Source of the DNA: Candidatus Krumholzibacteriia bacterium
GTDB taxonomy: Bacteria; Krumholzibacteriota; Krumholzibacteriia; LZORAL124-64-63
DNA length: 27,458 bases
Assembly: GCA_036351155.1 (NCBI GenBank)
Contig: JAZBOO010000048.1
Coordinates: forward strand, 1-27,458
Direction: 5' to 3'
Part shown: in pieces, positions 25,705 through 27,458 of the stretch
Layout of the letters: each line of letters opens with the position of its first letter
How positions within the stretch are numbered: the first letter of the stretch is position 1
Translations under genes and position numbers: made by a program
The notes under the pieces: model-generated
Database searches by the model: none
Told to the model about the DNA's origin: nothing
Seen by the model: the letters and a program-made list of their open reading frames with translations, nothing else

Positions 25705-26795
25705 ATCAATCCCCTTCGCGCATACTTGTGGTAGGCCGCGCAGGCCCCTTCGCTGCTGACCATGGTGGCCCCCAGGGGATTCATGGGCGTGCACTCCTTG
25801 TCGAAGGCCGGGCACTCGTGGGGCTTCTTCAACCCCTGCAAAATTTCGCCCGCGATGCACACGCTGTGCTCCTCGGTACGGATGTCTTCCACGGTGAATT
25901 TCTTCTCGGCGTCGAAGGCCGCCAGCTCGTCACGGATGCGCCAGCCGCTACGGGGAATGAGGCCGATGCCCCGCCACTTGCGGTCGCATACCGTATACAC
26001 CTCATCGATCACCTGACGCGCCACAGGGTTACCTTGCTGCTGGACAATGCGGAGGTACTTGTTGGCCACTCCGGGCTCACCCTTTTCCAGCAGCTCCACG
26101 GTTTTCAGGATGCCGTCCAGGATGTCCACCGGTTCGAAACCCGTGGGCACGATGGGGACCTGGAACTCGTCGGCCAGGGGCAGGTACTCGTCCCAGCCCA
26201 TGATGGCGCACACGTGGCCCGCGGCCAGAAATCCCTGCACCCGGTTGGTGGGCGACGCCAGGATGGCGCGCATGGCCGGCGGCACCAGCACGTGGCTGAC
26301 GATCTCGCTGAAGTTGGCCAGCCCCTCGTCGCGGGCCACCTTCAGGGCCATGGCGTTGCCCGGGGCGGTGGTCTCGAAACCCACGGCCAGGAACACCACC
26401 TCGCGGTCGGGATTTTCGCGGGCCAGCTTGACCGCCTCCAGCGGTGAATACACCATGCGGACGTCGCCGCCGCGCGACTTCACCCGGAACAGGTCGTCGC
26501 TGCTGCCGGGCACCCGCAGCATGTCGCCAAACGAGGTGAAGATGACCTCGGGCCGCTGAGCGATGGCCAGGGCGCGGTCGATGGTTTCCAGGGGCGTGAC
26601 GCACACCGGGCACCCGGGACCATGCACGAGGGTGATTTCCGGGGGCAGAAGCTGGTCGATGCCGTGGCGCATGATGGAATGGGTTTGCCCGCCGCAGATC
26701 TCCATGATCACCCAGGGGCGGGTCACGGTCCGGGCGATGCGGTCCAGCAGGCTTCTGGCCAGTGCAGGATCCCGGTACTCATCCAGGTACTTCAT
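25701..26795 (-). CDS. hypD: Hydrogenase formation protein HypD
   Basis: [38 protein letters not shown]. Confidence 0.97.
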   Translation of the reverse strand: MKYLDEYRDPALARSLLDRIARTVTRPWVIMEICGGQTHSIMRHGIDQLLPPEITLVHGPGCPVCVTPLETIDRALAIAQRPEVIFTSFGDMLRVPGSSDDLFRVKSRGGDVRMVYSPLEAVKLARENPDREVVFLAVGFETTAPGNAMALKVARDEGLANFSEIVSHVLVPPAMRAILASPTNRVQGFLAAGHVCAIMGWDEYLPLADEFQVPIVPTGFEPVDILDGILKTVELLEKGEPGVANKYLRIVQQQGNPVARQVIDEVYTVCDRKWRGIGLIPRSGWRIRDELAAFDAEKKFTVEDIRTEEHSVCIAGEILQGLKKPHECPAFDKECTPMNPLGATMVSSEGACAAYHKYARRGLI

Positions 26796-27058
26796 CCGTC
26801 ACCTTCGGTCCGGGTCTGATCTTCGGCCTCCATGATGGCCGACAGGCGGGTCAGTTCCTGCAGCGACGCCAGAGCCTCCTGCTCGTTCAGCTCCTGCAAC
26901 GCAAATCCTGCGTGGACAAGCACATAGCTGCCCACCTGAGCTTCGGGAGTGTAGGTCAGGCAGGCCTTGTTGCGGGTTCCCGCATAGTCGATCAGGCCCA
27001 TCTGCAGGCCATTTTCGTCGATGATTTCGAGAATCTTGCCGGGGATGGCCAGGCACAT
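26792..27058 (-). CDS. hypC: Hydrogenase chaperone HypC
   Basis: MCLAIPG N-terminus, YVLVHAGFA. Confidence 0.97.
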   Translation of the reverse strand: MCLAIPGKILEIIDENGLQMGLIDYAGTRNKACLTYTPEAQVGSYVLVHAGFALQELNEQEALASLQELTRLSAIMEAEDQTRTEGDG

Positions 27059-27094
27059 AGGGAACGCCTTTCGAAGGCATCAAATTACCATGCG

Positions 27095-27139
27095 TTTGAC
27101 AGGAAAGTGCAGGTCAAAGATAATTAATAGCTGTTAATT
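27095..27139 (+). promoter_or_regulatory. Sigma70 promoter and dyads in the divergent hypC/lipoprotein spacer
   Basis: TTGACA(27096)-N17-GATAAT(27119); TTTGAC-N12-GTCAAA (27095-27118); AATTAATAG/CTGTTAATT dyad (27122-27139). Confidence 0.55.
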
Positions 27140-27164
27140 GTCTAACCAGCGAGAGAAGGAAAAC

Positions 27165-27458
27165 ATGACGAGATCGCCGCTTGTCCAGGGCATTTTGTTC
27201 ACGATGGCCCTGCCAGCCCTTCTGTTGATGGGATGCAGTGACGATGACCCCGCCACGCCCGAAGTTTTTCAGGTGACCATCACGGTGGTGGACACCCTGG
27301 GCCACCCCGTGGAGGGGCTGGAACTGAACCTGGTGCCGGACAGCCCATTGTACATGGATGGGCAAGTGGCGGCGAAAGACGACGACCTGGACCCCATACC
27401 GGCCGAGAATCGCCTGTATCCGGTTTCCCCGAATCCCTTTTATCCTGCCACCCGGATC
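27165..27458 (+). CDS. Lipoprotein, 5' part (runs off the window), entering a FlgD-Ig/T9SS-like PNPF domain
   Basis: AAGGA RBS; MTRSPL...LLLMG-C lipobox; open to the window end, ...LYPVSPNPFYPATRI; missing from the ORF track because it has no stop. Confidence 0.75.
   Translation, partial: MTRSPLVQGILFTMALPALLLMGCSDDDPATPEVFQVTITVVDTLGHPVEGLELNLVPDSPLYMDGQVAAKDDDLDPIPAENRLYPVSPNPFYPATRI

Noticed and set aside
17705..25860. Extended N-termini in the ORF track (19147, 20248, 20457, 21429, 22413, 25860)
   Set aside because: They overlap neighbouring genes or repeats; RBS positions and family N-termini support the shorter starts given.

Overview
GC-rich bacterial chromosomal window, probably from an anaerobe or facultative anaerobe. 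A lipoprotein with a PNPFxP (FlgD-Ig/T9SS-like) motif hints at an FCB-related candidate phylum, which is weak inference. Core content is a complete group 3b (NAD(P)-coupled, sulfhydrogenase-type) [NiFe]-hydrogenase operon (5993-9945) with its maturation protease. It is directly followed by a stand-alone receiver protein, a membrane histidine kinase with a His-rich loop and a Cys-rich tandem-ACT protein. hypCDE lies about 12 kb away on the minus strand. Also present: an SDR, a DEAD-box RNA helicase, an XRE-MNT gene with a truncated partner, and a run of minus-strand accessory genes (ATP-grasp, DUF6884-like, DUF2202, Tat-exported NAD-binding protein, NTT/TLC-like transporter, TspO, cupin, DUF4126, EamA, AIM24). 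Three pieces of structure are not shown by the ORF track. (i) A 1.9-kb integrase-less islet is bounded by a perfect 37-bp hairpin-forming duplication of the SDR 3' end. (ii) The islet's only gene, a Schlafen/AlbA_2-ATPase-wHTH protein, has a good RBS and start at 1576 but an in-frame amber codon just before its predicted nuclease motif. (iii) A 20-bp palindrome TTTTCCAAC-NN-GTTGGAAAA occurs five times just downstream of genes and sits at apparent insertion junctions.
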